Virus record (IMG/VR): IMGVR_UViG_3300025168_000002
DNA length: 64,000 nt
Direction: 5' to 3' (one strand)
DNA from: an uncultured virus (IMG/VR IMGVR_UViG_3300025168_000002)
Taxonomy: Duplodnaviria; Heunggongvirae; Uroviricota; Caudoviricetes; Crassvirales
The first letter of the stretch is position 1, and every line of letters starts with the position of its first letter. Shown one piece after another: positions 8,638 through 16,688 of the stretch. The translations under genes and the position numbers were made by a program. The notes below the pieces were generated by a model. It saw nothing but the letters and a program-made list of their open reading frames with translations, was not told the DNA's origin and made no database searches.

Positions 8638-9381
8638 TTAACTTATTCTGTTGTTTTTTCCAGTCACCAAGTTTCTTACTTTTCTTTTCTTTCTTATTAC
8701 CTTTTTGCCAGTAAAAGCATTTATTGAAGATACAATTTTTTTAATTTTGCTTTTTTTCTTTCTTCTATTTACTAAATAGCCTGGTACTTTTTCAGGTTTG
8801 AACTCTTTTTCTTTAACAGGAGTTGGTTTTATTTTTCTTGGAGTAACTTTAACTAATTTTTCTTTCTTAGGTGGCGGGCCAGGTTTTAACTTTTCCACGT
8901 CTCCAGATCTCATGCTTTCATTAAATAGCTTTAATTTTTTTGGTTTATAAGGCTGTCTGAATTTACCATACTTTTCTCCAAATGGCCCCACCCCTGTTTG
9001 ATTTGGCGCGTATCTATCTACAGCTACGTTTGTTGTGTCTGAATCTATTTTTCTTCCTTCGCGATTTTGTTTTCTTGCGTACTTATTGTATTCATCTCTA
9101 GATAATGTGTCTCCCGAGGTATTCATTATTACATTCGGCCTTCTGTCAGGTTTGCTAATACGAGCTTGAGCTATATCAGACGTTTCTTTATCATACGCCG
9201 CTTTAGACTTTTTGTTTTCTTCTTTAGTTTTTGTATTGTAATCAATAATAGAATTTAATTCTCTTTGATTTTTTAAAGCTTTATTATAAACAGCTAAAGA
9301 ATCGCTATTTGCTTTTAGTCTATTTAAATAGCTAGTATTTTTTTTCCCATCTTTTCCTCCTGTTCTGCCTTTAGTACCCAT
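8638..9381 (-). CDS. Basic hypothetical protein
   Basis: 247 aa, K/P-rich, starts MGTKGRTGGK. Confidence 0.7.
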   Translation of the reverse strand: MGTKGRTGGKDGKKNTSYLNRLKANSDSLAVYNKALKNQRELNSIIDYNTKTKEENKKSKAAYDKETSDIAQARISKPDRRPNVIMNTSGDTLSRDEYNKYARKQNREGRKIDSDTTNVAVDRYAPNQTGVGPFGEKYGKFRQPYKPKKLKLFNESMRSGDVEKLKPGPPPKKEKLVKVTPRKIKPTPVKEKEFKPEKVPGYLVNRRKKKSKIKKIVSSINAFTGKKVIRKKRKVRNLVTGKNNRIS

Positions 9382-9497
9382 TACTTTTTCTTATGTGTAT
9401 ACCCTTTCTTTTTCAGTTCAAGATGTTTTTTATAAGACGTAGCCTTAACTACTTTATCTTTCTTATACATATTATGTATTTTAAATTTTTTAGCCAT
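9381..9497 (-). CDS. 38-aa basic microprotein
   Basis: Hand-translated MAKKFKIHNMYKKDKVVKATSYKKHLELKKKGYTHKKK; TAATG overlaps at both ends. Confidence 0.75.
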   Translation of the reverse strand: MAKKFKIHNMYKKDKVVKATSYKKHLELKKKGYTHKKK

Positions 9498-9622
9498 TAT
9501 TTTTTATTTCTTTTAGGAACACAGTTAGGAACTTTTCTTCCTCCTTTTATTTTCATGCCGTATGCTTCATATCCTTTCCAACAAGCTTTTTTTAATCCCT
9601 TCCCTGTTTTTCTTTTTGCCAT
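9497..9622 (-). CDS. 41-aa basic microprotein (CWKGY...VPNCVP motif)
   Basis: Hand-translated MAKRKTGKGLKKACWKGYEAYGMKIKGGRKVPNCVPKRNKK. Confidence 0.8.
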   Translation of the reverse strand: MAKRKTGKGLKKACWKGYEAYGMKIKGGRKVPNCVPKRNKK

Positions 9623-9626
9623 TATA

Positions 9627-9860
9627 CTATTTTTTTTTATAAATTGATTTTCTATTTTTAACTAAACGCCCTGTGTTTCTTAATGAATTTTTCATAAAAG
9701 ACTTTTGACCTTTTACGGCTTTACCTCCAGAATGTTTTTGACCGCTTTTGTAAAAATCATAAAGCGTTGAGGCCACTGCTAATGGCCCCGCTCTTCTTAT
9801 AACTTTTGTTGCAACTTTTTTTACTGCGGATTTAAGAACACCTTTTTTATTAACTGCCAC
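9627..9860 (-). CDS. Basic hypothetical protein
   Basis: 77 aa, GTG start, K-rich. Confidence 0.65.
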   Translation of the reverse strand: MAVNKKGVLKSAVKKVATKVIRRAGPLAVASTLYDFYKSGQKHSGGKAVKGQKSFMKNSLRNTGRLVKNRKSIYKKK

Positions 9861-9863
9861 GCT

Positions 9864-10298
9864 CTATTTAGTCATTTTTTTAACTTTCATCTTCATCTTC
9901 TTATACATTTTTACATAAAGATTAGAGTCTCCAAATATTGCTTTTTTAATGTTTTGTTTTGGAGTATTGTTCATTACGTTTTTAATCTTTTGTTTTACCT
10001 TTTTCTTGATCGCCTTTGGAATTTGTTTAGTAGGAGTATTCATAATACTCTTGTTCTTTGGATTTGGTTTCTTTTTATTCTTCGGCTTTACAGTTACTTT
10101 ATCTTTTCTCTGCATATCAATCATTTTCCTTTGATAAGGTGTCATGACATTTGTCCTAGTATTATCTGTTCTTACTGTTCTTGTCTTTGGCTTGTCTGGA
10201 TTAGATGTTGTTTTTTTAACTACCTTTTTCTTTTTGTTCTTAGGGGTTGGTGCGTTAACCATTGGAGGAGTTTTTTTCTTGTATAAATTTTTAGACAT
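9864..10298 (-). CDS. Highly basic K/P/M-rich protein
   Basis: 144 aa with an internal repeat MNTPTKQIPKAI / MNNTPKQNIKKAI; promoter at 10330-10337. Confidence 0.7.
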   Translation of the reverse strand: MSKNLYKKKTPPMVNAPTPKNKKKKVVKKTTSNPDKPKTRTVRTDNTRTNVMTPYQRKMIDMQRKDKVTVKPKNKKKPNPKNKSIMNTPTKQIPKAIKKKVKQKIKNVMNNTPKQNIKKAIFGDSNLYVKMYKKMKMKVKKMTK

Positions 10299-10338
10299 AG
10301 TTTCTGAATTTTTATTTTTTAGTTTACAACAAAGATAA

Positions 10339-10764
10339 TTATAATTTTATATTCTTTTTAAACCATTTAACCGCTTTGCTTACCAAAGTATTTTCTTTTT
10401 TCTTTTGTATTACTCTACAATTTATACAAAGAGAGTCGCTAACTGTAAACCTTACTGTGTCTACAATTTGTTTTACAACTATCTTATAATCAAAAACTAA
10501 GCTGTCTTCGCTTATCAATTTTAAATTTTTTAATTCATACATACTTTCGTTAAATTTTTTTTCTATTTTTTTTATATCTCTTTTTTTACGCCAAAGATCT
10601 TGTTCTAGTAAAACTTTTTCTTTTTTTTGTTCGTTTACTAGCTCTATTGTAGCGTTAGCCAAGCTATCTACGTTTATATTAGAGGGCTCTACCTCTGTAG
10701 GCAGCTCTTCTGGTTGGGAACAAGAAAACAATGCAAGCAATAATATAAAAACAAGTCTAATCAT
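10339..10764 (-). CDS. Lipoprotein with coiled coil (o-spanin candidate)
   Basis: Lipoprotein signal MIRLVFILLLALFS-C; overlaps the upstream TM gene. Confidence 0.55.
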   Translation of the reverse strand: MIRLVFILLLALFSCSQPEELPTEVEPSNINVDSLANATIELVNEQKKEKVLLEQDLWRKKRDIKKIEKKFNESMYELKNLKLISEDSLVFDYKIVVKQIVDTVRFTVSDSLCINCRVIQKKKENTLVSKAVKWFKKNIKL

Positions 10765-10972
10765 TAATCTCTTGTAACGTTTTTATAAACTTATCGTTTA
10801 ATTTTTTGTAATCACTTCTTAAAACAACAACTTCTTCTTGTAATGCTTTGATTTGGTTTGTTAGCGTAGTCTTATTATCAATATATAAATATCCTATTGC
10901 TATTAAACAAAAAAATAGTACTCCTATTATGGGGTTTGCTGCAAAGTCTTTAAAATCTATAGGAGACTTCAT
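10757..10972 (-). CDS. Single-TM coiled-coil protein (i-spanin or holin candidate)
   Basis: TM segment IIGVLFFCLIAIGYLYI followed by a heptad coiled coil. Confidence 0.5.
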   Translation of the reverse strand: MKSPIDFKDFAANPIIGVLFFCLIAIGYLYIDNKTTLTNQIKALQEEVVVLRSDYKKLNDKFIKTLQEIND

Positions 10973-11172
10973 TCTATTATTAAATTATAACCCTTTTCCT
11001 GCATATTTGCATTTATATATGCGTCATCGTAAGTGTATAAAATACCTGAATCTAACATATCTATTAATACATCAACACCTAATGTTAATATGTAGTCTTC
11101 TACTTTATAATCAGGAACTATATATTCATTTATGTAGTCTATGTATTCCTGAGATCCTTTTATTATATCCAT
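10969..11172 (-). CDS. Acidic hypothetical protein
   Basis: 67 aa; promoter at 11186-11193; ATGA overlap with the next gene. Confidence 0.65.
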   Translation of the reverse strand: MDIIKGSQEYIDYINEYIVPDYKVEDYILTLGVDVLIDMLDSGILYTYDDAYINANMQEKGYNLIIE

Positions 11173-11206
11173 TTTTGTATTTTTACAAAGATATAAATTA
11201 AATTAA

Positions 11207-11647
11207 ATGATAAACACAGATCATAACTACTTAAAGTTCTGGAGGGTTATAAGATATTGGATTAAAGCAAAGCATAAAATAGGAACTCCAGAAATAGATA
11301 TGATACTCTTTCTGTATAGCGAAGAGTATTTTAATAAAACTAAATTTAAAGAATATGAGGAGCTTATGTCTTGGGATATAAAAAGATTTGACCTTATGCT
11401 TAGAGACGGTTGGATCCATGTATGGAGAAAGGGTAGCGGGAAACATACTACGCTTTACGAGCTTTCCTATAAAGGGAAGCGAGTAGCTAATACAATTTAC
11501 AAAAAACTTAATGGCGAGGAAATAGGAGAATCTCCAAATATAAACCCTTTATTTAGAAGCGATGCTTCTTATATGGATAAAGTCTATCGTAAATCTATAA
11601 AGGAAATGAATAGCTTTATAAAACAACAACGATATCTCTCTCAGTAA
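11207..11647 (+). CDS. Putative winged-helix (MarR-like) DNA-binding protein
   Basis: EIDMILFLYSE...MLRDGWIHVWRK...LYELSYKGKRV wing pattern; the only plus-strand gene in this arm. Confidence 0.6.
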   Translation: MINTDHNYLKFWRVIRYWIKAKHKIGTPEIDMILFLYSEEYFNKTKFKEYEELMSWDIKRFDLMLRDGWIHVWRKGSGKHTTLYELSYKGKRVANTIYKKLNGEEIGESPNINPLFRSDASYMDKVYRKSIKEMNSFIKQQRYLSQ

Positions 11648-11873
11648 TAACAGTATAAGGAGTATCATGCAGCAGAAGGCTAAAGCCAGCAGACTTATCA
11701 TAATAAATAAGGTCGTTTTCTGAGATTTCTGTAGCATTAGTGCCTGGTTTAATTACTTTACCTTTCTTGTATCTAAACTCTTCTACATCATTAGCTGTTA
11801 AAAGTAATCCTGATTTTGTTTTTATTTCCTCCTCTATTGTTTGTATGATTACATACTTACCTATTGCTTTCAT
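11616..11873 (-). CDS. groES: Co-chaperonin GroES
   Basis: MKAIGKYVII, mobile loop KTKSGLLL, GKVIKPG, VITERDIVVVL. Confidence 0.9.
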   Translation of the reverse strand: MKAIGKYVIIQTIEEEIKTKSGLLLTANDVEEFRYKKGKVIKPGTNATEISENDLIYYDKSAGFSLLLHDTPYTVITERDIVVVL

Positions 11874-11876
11874 AGT

Positions 11877-12008
11877 TTAGCCTTTAAAGATAGCATAAAT
11901 TTTTACGCCATTTTTGTTATTAATTAGTTTTCGTTCTATCTTTTCTTTTGAAACGACAACCGCAGGTTGGAGTTTCGGGTTTTTTGAATTTAACTTACGC
12001 TTTTTCAT
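11877..12008 (-). CDS. 43-aa basic microprotein between groEL and groES
   Basis: Hand-translated MKKRKLNSKNPKLQPAVVVSKEKIERKLINNKNGVKIYAIFKG; overlaps the groEL stop and ends 3 nt before groES. Confidence 0.65.
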   Translation of the reverse strand: MKKRKLNSKNPKLQPAVVVSKEKIERKLINNKNGVKIYAIFKG

Positions 12009-13608
12009 TTGCCCTTTTATGTGTTATAATTGCGTTTGTACTTAAAATAGTTGTAGCTACAGACACAGCGTTCATTAAAGCGTTCCTAGTTACCTTCAGC
12101 GGATCAATAACTCCCATTTTAAACATATCTCCAAACTTCTCGTTCTTTACGTCATAACCCTGGCTAGCCGCCTTGTCATAAATATGTTCTACAATTAAGT
12201 GTTCTTCCATTCCTGCGTTAGAAATTATTTGATTCAATGGCGATATTAATGCTTCTGACAATATTAATACCGCTGCTTTGTAATTATTATCTTCACAAGA
12301 GTTTAATAATTTTATTAGCTTTTGTGACTCTCTAAATAGTGCTAGCCCACCACCTGACAGTATTCCTTCTTCTAATGCTGATCTAACAGCACAAACTGAG
12401 TCATCTACTCTATCATACTTTTCTTTCTGTTCTACATCTGAATTTCCACCTACATAGATACACCCTATAGCTCCTGCTAAACTTGCGATACGCTCATTTA
12501 TAAACTCACGATCATCTTTTATCTTAGTATTCTCTTGCTGTACTTTTAGATCTTCAATTCTTTTTGTAAGCTCGTCAGTAATATTATTATCTTTTAATAT
12601 AATAGTGCTCTCAAGTCCTGATATAATTTTGTCAGCATGACCCAGATCCTTTACTGTCATTAAACTTAAGTCGTCTCCAGTTTTTTCGCTATAGTATGTA
12701 GCTCCTACTGCCATAGCTATATCTTGCATAAGCTCATGAGTCTTGTATCCAAAGCTAGGTGGCTGTATGCTACAAAATTTTAATCCATTACGAGCAACAT
12801 TAGCGGCTAAAGTATTTATAACATTAGCAGAACATGGTGCAATAATTAAAAGTTTCTCTCCGTTATTTATTACTGGCTTTAAAACTCCTTCTATTTGTAA
12901 TATATTATTTATCTCTGCGTCACAAACTAATATTTTTACATCTTCTAGTATACACTCGTCTTTCTTTTGGTTATTAATAAACATATTAGAAGAATAACCC
13001 CTAGCTATTTTTATTCCGTTAGTAACCTCTGCGTATGTATCTGCCGTCATAGACTTCTCTACAGTTACTATACCGTTAATTCCTACCTTATGATAAGCGT
13101 CAGCTATAATAGTACCTATCTCTTTGTCATTATTAGCAGAGATACAGGCAACATCTAATAACCTAGCTTGTGTAACCGCCTTAGAACTCTTCTTTAAGTT
13201 CTTTATAACAGTCTTAGTTAAAGTGTTAATGTATTTTATAACCTCAGTATGATTTGTTTTCTCAGACAAAGTATCTTGCCCTGCCATAACTAGAGCTTCA
13301 GTTAATACAATAGCCGTAGTTGTTCCGTCTCCAGCTGTATTAGCCGTTCTACTAGCCGCATCTTTCATCATTTGTATTGCAAGGTTTTCTATAGGATCAT
13401 CTAAAAATACAGATTGAGCAACAGTAACACCGTCTTTAGTTATTGTTATTCCTGCTGTATGATTAGGCGATTCTATTAGAACGGTTTTACCCAAAGGGCC
13501 TAGTGTACTTTTTACTGCTTTAGAGATTGACGTTATTCCTTTGATTAATTTTTGACGAGCTTCATCATCAAAAGATAACTGCTTAGGTATGTATCCTTGA
13601 GTTTCCAT
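11995..13608 (-). CDS. groEL: Chaperonin GroEL (phage-encoded)
   Basis: TLGPLG, ITKDGVTVA, AGDGTTTA, ISANND, EEGILSGGG, GVIDPLKV; no GGM tail. Confidence 0.97.
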   Translation of the reverse strand: METQGYIPKQLSFDDEARQKLIKGITSISKAVKSTLGPLGKTVLIESPNHTAGITITKDGVTVAQSVFLDDPIENLAIQMMKDAASRTANTAGDGTTTAIVLTEALVMAGQDTLSEKTNHTEVIKYINTLTKTVIKNLKKSSKAVTQARLLDVACISANNDKEIGTIIADAYHKVGINGIVTVEKSMTADTYAEVTNGIKIARGYSSNMFINNQKKDECILEDVKILVCDAEINNILQIEGVLKPVINNGEKLLIIAPCSANVINTLAANVARNGLKFCSIQPPSFGYKTHELMQDIAMAVGATYYSEKTGDDLSLMTVKDLGHADKIISGLESTIILKDNNITDELTKRIEDLKVQQENTKIKDDREFINERIASLAGAIGCIYVGGNSDVEQKEKYDRVDDSVCAVRSALEEGILSGGGLALFRESQKLIKLLNSCEDNNYKAAVLILSEALISPLNQIISNAGMEEHLIVEHIYDKAASQGYDVKNEKFGDMFKMGVIDPLKVTRNALMNAVSVATTILSTNAIITHKRANEKA

Positions 13609-13636
13609 ATTAGTATTGAATTTAATTTAATTAGTG

Positions 13637-13644
13637 CAAATATA
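13637..13644 (-). promoter_or_regulatory. Bacteroidota primary-sigma promoter -7 element (TATATTTG) for groEL; representative of 13 minus-strand copies
   Basis: CAAAnnTA on the plus strand shortly upstream of starts at 654, 6633, 8320, 10330, 11186, 13637, 14169, 39152, 46976, 48310, 51816, 54331 and 62035. Confidence 0.8.
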
Positions 13645-13873
13645 ACAAAAAATTCAACATGACAGTATCCAGAAGTGATATTGCAATTTATAACTTATTA
13701 AATTTTTTTAAATATATTTATTTTATATATATTCTTTTTTATTACTTTAAACCTGGAGTAAAATAAAATATAAAATATAAGTAGTTAGAAATCAATAAGT
13801 TAAGAAAAGTTATGTAAAGTTATTCTCCTGGTAATAAGCTGGATTAAACCTGGCAACAAGCTGTCATCTGTAT

Positions 13874-13904
13874 AAAAAAAAGAGGAAACCCTTAGGAATC
13901 CTCT
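13874..13904 (-). terminator. Intrinsic terminator after the 13939-14154 ORF
   Basis: AGAGGA/TCCTCT stem preceded by A8 on the plus strand (U-tract on minus). Confidence 0.6.
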
Positions 13905-13938
13905 CTTCACAACTAATCAAACTAAACAACGGGATGTC

Positions 13939-14154
13939 TTAATAGTTAAACATATTTTTGCTTCCGTCCATACGCATCTTAGCTCTTTCAATACCATCTG
14001 CGATACAGTCTATCTTATATTGTTTCTTCATTTGCTTTCTATACATTGACGCCTGCTCTATTCCAGTAACAGAATCCATACGATCATTTATTAGTCTACC
14101 ATTCTTTACGAATAAGCCGTTAACGTAATCTGAAGTTTTGTTATTAATGTCCAT
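13939..14154 (-). CDS. Hypothetical protein (monocistronic)
   Basis: 71 aa, NGLFVKNGRLINDR; own promoter (14169-14176) and terminator. Confidence 0.75.
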   Translation of the reverse strand: MDINNKTSDYVNGLFVKNGRLINDRMDSVTGIEQASMYRKQMKKQYKIDCIADGIERAKMRMDGSKNMFNY

Positions 14155-14576
14155 GTCTTTTTTTTTAACAAATATAATAAAAATTTTTTACACACCCTGG
14201 GCATTTGTATAATACACCACCACACGCACACGCTGAGATTTTAGAAAACGAAAATTTAAAACGCAAAAAAAAAGTTTGACTTTTTTCCCTTTGACTTTTT
14301 TGGCTTTTTGTTTAGGGTACGCGGTACCACCTGGTTTTTTTGGCTTTGTTGCAGCTTGTCCAGGGCTTAGGCGTCTACTATATGCCGTAAGTATTACTAC
14401 TTATTTGCTTGTTACTTGTTCCAGGATAACAAGAGACAACGCGAGGCGTCGCGTTATAACTGCACGAACTAAACAAACCATAAATAAAACATACAGATAA
14501 AAAGAATGTAAACGCTTGAACGTCAACAACTTACAAAGGTTTAAAATATTAATACAAAATAAATCATCTTTTTGTA

Positions 14577-14606
14577 TTGTTATGTAAATAAATTATACTA
14601 TATTTG
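14577..14606 (+). promoter_or_regulatory. First early promoter, TTG-N19-TATATTTG
   Basis: TTG 14577-14579, 19-nt spacer, TATATTTG 14599-14606. Other plus-strand -7 elements at 15212, 19309 and 28122. Confidence 0.8.
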
Positions 14607-14627
14607 AACATTAATTAAACTTATATT

Positions 14628-14795
14628 ATGACATACACGGAATTTGTAACAATATGCAACGAACACTTAATTGACGCCGAAATAGTGAGACAATCGGAAA
14701 ATTTCCAGGTGTTCGCAAATGCATTTTTTAAAGTAAAACCAACTACAAAAATGACAAGAAAAGATCTTGTTAAATTCTTAACTAAAAATTACTAA
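14628..14795 (+). CDS. First early gene, 55 aa
   Basis: Hand-translated MTYTEFVTICNEHLIDAEIVRQSENFQVFANAFFKVKPTTKMTRKDLVKFLTKNY, directly after the promoter. Confidence 0.75.
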   Translation: MTYTEFVTICNEHLIDAEIVRQSENFQVFANAFFKVKPTTKMTRKDLVKFLTKNY

Positions 14796-14798
14796 TAA

Positions 14799-15200
14799 AT
14801 GAAATATCTATCGGAATTAATGGAAGACAAACAAACACTATTATTTAATAAAACAAAAACATTCTTTGCTTTTTCTAATGAACAACTAGAAGAGGGAAAA
14901 AAGAAACATAATATTAAAAACACCAAACTTGTTTCAATGGGAGGCGGTATGATATGCCCAAAAGAAAACGCCGAGACACTAAGCCAGGGGCTTGAAAAGA
15001 TTTACAATGATTCAATACTAGAAGACATAAAACTTCACACCATAAATAGAATAGTATTAAGAGAATTAGCCAATTATGAATGTTTTTATACTGGAGATAT
15101 TTCCGACTGCGTAGAAAATTTAAGAGACTACCCAGGAATAAGCAAAAAATTAATAGTAAAGATATTTAACAAAAATTATAATAAATATAATACATATTAA
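14799..15200 (+). CDS. Conserved hypothetical early phage protein
   Basis: FFAFSNEQLEEG...MGGG...RELANYECFYTGD, a motif I recall from many phages. Confidence 0.75.
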   Translation: MKYLSELMEDKQTLLFNKTKTFFAFSNEQLEEGKKKHNIKNTKLVSMGGGMICPKENAETLSQGLEKIYNDSILEDIKLHTINRIVLRELANYECFYTGDISDCVENLRDYPGISKKLIVKIFNKNYNKYNTY

Positions 15201-15240
15201 ATAAATTTAACTATATTTGAACATTAATTAAACTTATATT

Positions 15241-15501
15241 ATGATAATAGAAAGACAAAATTTACTTATTGACTGCAATATAAAAGCAATAAAAGAAAGA
15301 TTACAAACCACATTAGCAAACATACAATTTCAAAAAGGTGTTATGTACTGGGACGACGAAGAAAAATTAGAGCATTGTATTGCGGCTTTAGAAATATTAG
15401 AAGAAGACAAAAAAAAGATTGTTAAATGTTGGAAATGTAATGCAGAAAACGAAGAGAAAGAAAATTACATTTTTTGTAATAATTGTCTAACACATTTATA
15501 A
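15241..15501 (+). CDS. Early protein with C-terminal zinc ribbon
   Basis: CWKC...FCNNC. Confidence 0.7.
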   Translation: MIIERQNLLIDCNIKAIKERLQTTLANIQFQKGVMYWDDEEKLEHCIAALEILEEDKKKIVKCWKCNAENEEKENYIFCNNCLTHL

Positions 15502-15509
15502 AATAACTT

Positions 15510-15674
15510 ATGAAAACTAAAACAGAATTACTATTAGAATTAATAAAATATTTATTTATCGTATTGATTGTTTGTATACTATCAAATACGTTTTTAAAAT
15601 ACCAGGATATGAGGATAAAAAATGCACAACTAACAAAAGAAATATTAATTGACTACAATAACGCAAAAAAATAA
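15510..15674 (+). CDS. 54-aa membrane microprotein
   Basis: Hand-translated MKTKTELLLELIKYLFIVLIVCILSNTFLKYQDMRIKNAQLTKEILIDYNNAKK. Confidence 0.6.
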   Translation: MKTKTELLLELIKYLFIVLIVCILSNTFLKYQDMRIKNAQLTKEILIDYNNAKK

Positions 15675-15677
15675 ACT

Positions 15678-15977
15678 ATGACATTCAAAAAATACAAGCA
15701 AAACTTACACCGAGAGAACAACAAAATTATTGCATACAATACGCATATTGCAACAATAAAAGGAAACAATTTAATACTTGAAGATTGGGAGATAAAAAGA
15801 ATATGGAAAGGAAAAGAAGAAACAATAAACACTAGCCCAACAACTACAAAATACATTAATTATGTAGCAAATGAATTAAACCTAACAATAAAAACAGATC
15901 TTGGAATGCAAAGCAGCGAGAAAGAAAAGAACTGGAGTATTGAAGAAGAAGATGGATATTATTTAAAAAATTATTAA
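15678..15977 (+). CDS. Hypothetical early protein
   Basis: KYKQNL...IIAYNTHIATI...SPTTTKYINYVANELNL. Confidence 0.7.
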   Translation: MTFKKYKQNLHRENNKIIAYNTHIATIKGNNLILEDWEIKRIWKGKEETINTSPTTTKYINYVANELNLTIKTDLGMQSSEKEKNWSIEEEDGYYLKNY

Positions 15978-15994
15978 CTAAAACAATTAAAACA

Positions 15995-16213
15995 ATGGAA
16001 AACGATTTAAATTTTATGAAAATGTTCCTTACTATGAACACAATGACACAAAGAGAAAATACAAGTATAAAAGACAAAGTTATATCTAAACAGAGAATTG
16101 TCTTTGCAACAATGAGAAAACTAATTCCAGACTGGGAAATGCCTTCTGATTGGGATACTTTGACGGATAAAGTAAAACTAAAAAGGTTAACAGATCTTGA
16201 AAAAATCGTATAA
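15995..16213 (+). CDS. Hypothetical early protein
   Basis: 72 aa, KQRIVFAT...PSDWDTL; repeated A-rich leader. Confidence 0.7.
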   Translation: MENDLNFMKMFLTMNTMTQRENTSIKDKVISKQRIVFATMRKLIPDWEMPSDWDTLTDKVKLKRLTDLEKIV

Positions 16214-16214
16214 T

Positions 16215-16412
16215 ATGAAAGTAACTTATGATGATACAAGAGATATATCTATAAGATGTATAAATAAATTAATAGATTCCCAGTTATTTGCTTCATTAAC
16301 TGCTGATGAACATCATTTTGAAATACAAGACATAATACAAGATGAAATAAATAAAGTATTAGGAATAGATATAGATGACAATTTTGAAATAAAAATAACT
16401 AAAATAAATTAA
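16215..16412 (+). CDS. Hypothetical early protein
   Basis: ATG at 16215 just after the upstream stop is preferred over the TTG at 16197. Confidence 0.65.
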   Translation: MKVTYDDTRDISIRCINKLIDSQLFASLTADEHHFEIQDIIQDEINKVLGIDIDDNFEIKITKIN

Positions 16413-16413
16413 A

Positions 16414-16623
16414 ATGAAAATTAAAACAGAATTTGATCAGCTAGAATACAATATTAATTTATGGAAGAAAATAGTACACCAACAAGAAAAAGAAATTCTT
16501 AATGATGTAGATAGTTTTCCTTTCTCCTGGACAGAGTACGTTCACGCCAAAACACAACTAGAAAGGGTAGCAAAGAAATTTGGAACAACTTTAGTTTATG
16601 AAATAAAAGATTATTACAGATAA
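16414..16623 (+). CDS. Hypothetical early protein
   Basis: 69 aa, tight packing with neighbours. Confidence 0.65.
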   Translation: MKIKTEFDQLEYNINLWKKIVHQQEKEILNDVDSFPFSWTEYVHAKTQLERVAKKFGTTLVYEIKDYYR

Positions 16624-16688
16624 CTTGTCTAAAACTTGTGTATATAATAATTAATACTTATATTAGCTAACTAAAACAATTAAGCAAA

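Larger units (their letters stand above)
14585..15244 (+). repeat. 47-bp direct repeat (14585-14631 and 15198-15244) covering promoter, leader and ATG
   Basis: TAAATAAATT-nn-ACTATATTTGAACATTAATTAAACTTATATTATGA, 2 mismatches. Confidence 0.9.

Noticed and set aside
11950..11976. Hairpin GAAAC..CAACC-gca-GGTTG..GTTTC between groEL and groES as a terminator
   Set aside because: It lies inside the 43-aa ORF and has no U-tract on the minus strand. It might end plus-strand transcripts, but support is weak.
14276..14500. 74-aa plus-strand ORF in the divergence region
   Set aside because: TTG start within T-tract repeats, atypical composition, and located upstream of the first promoter; better explained as non-coding.
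13620..14630. Canonical DnaA boxes (TTATCCACA) in the putative origin
   Set aside because: No match seen, so the link to the DnaA-C-like protein remains speculative.
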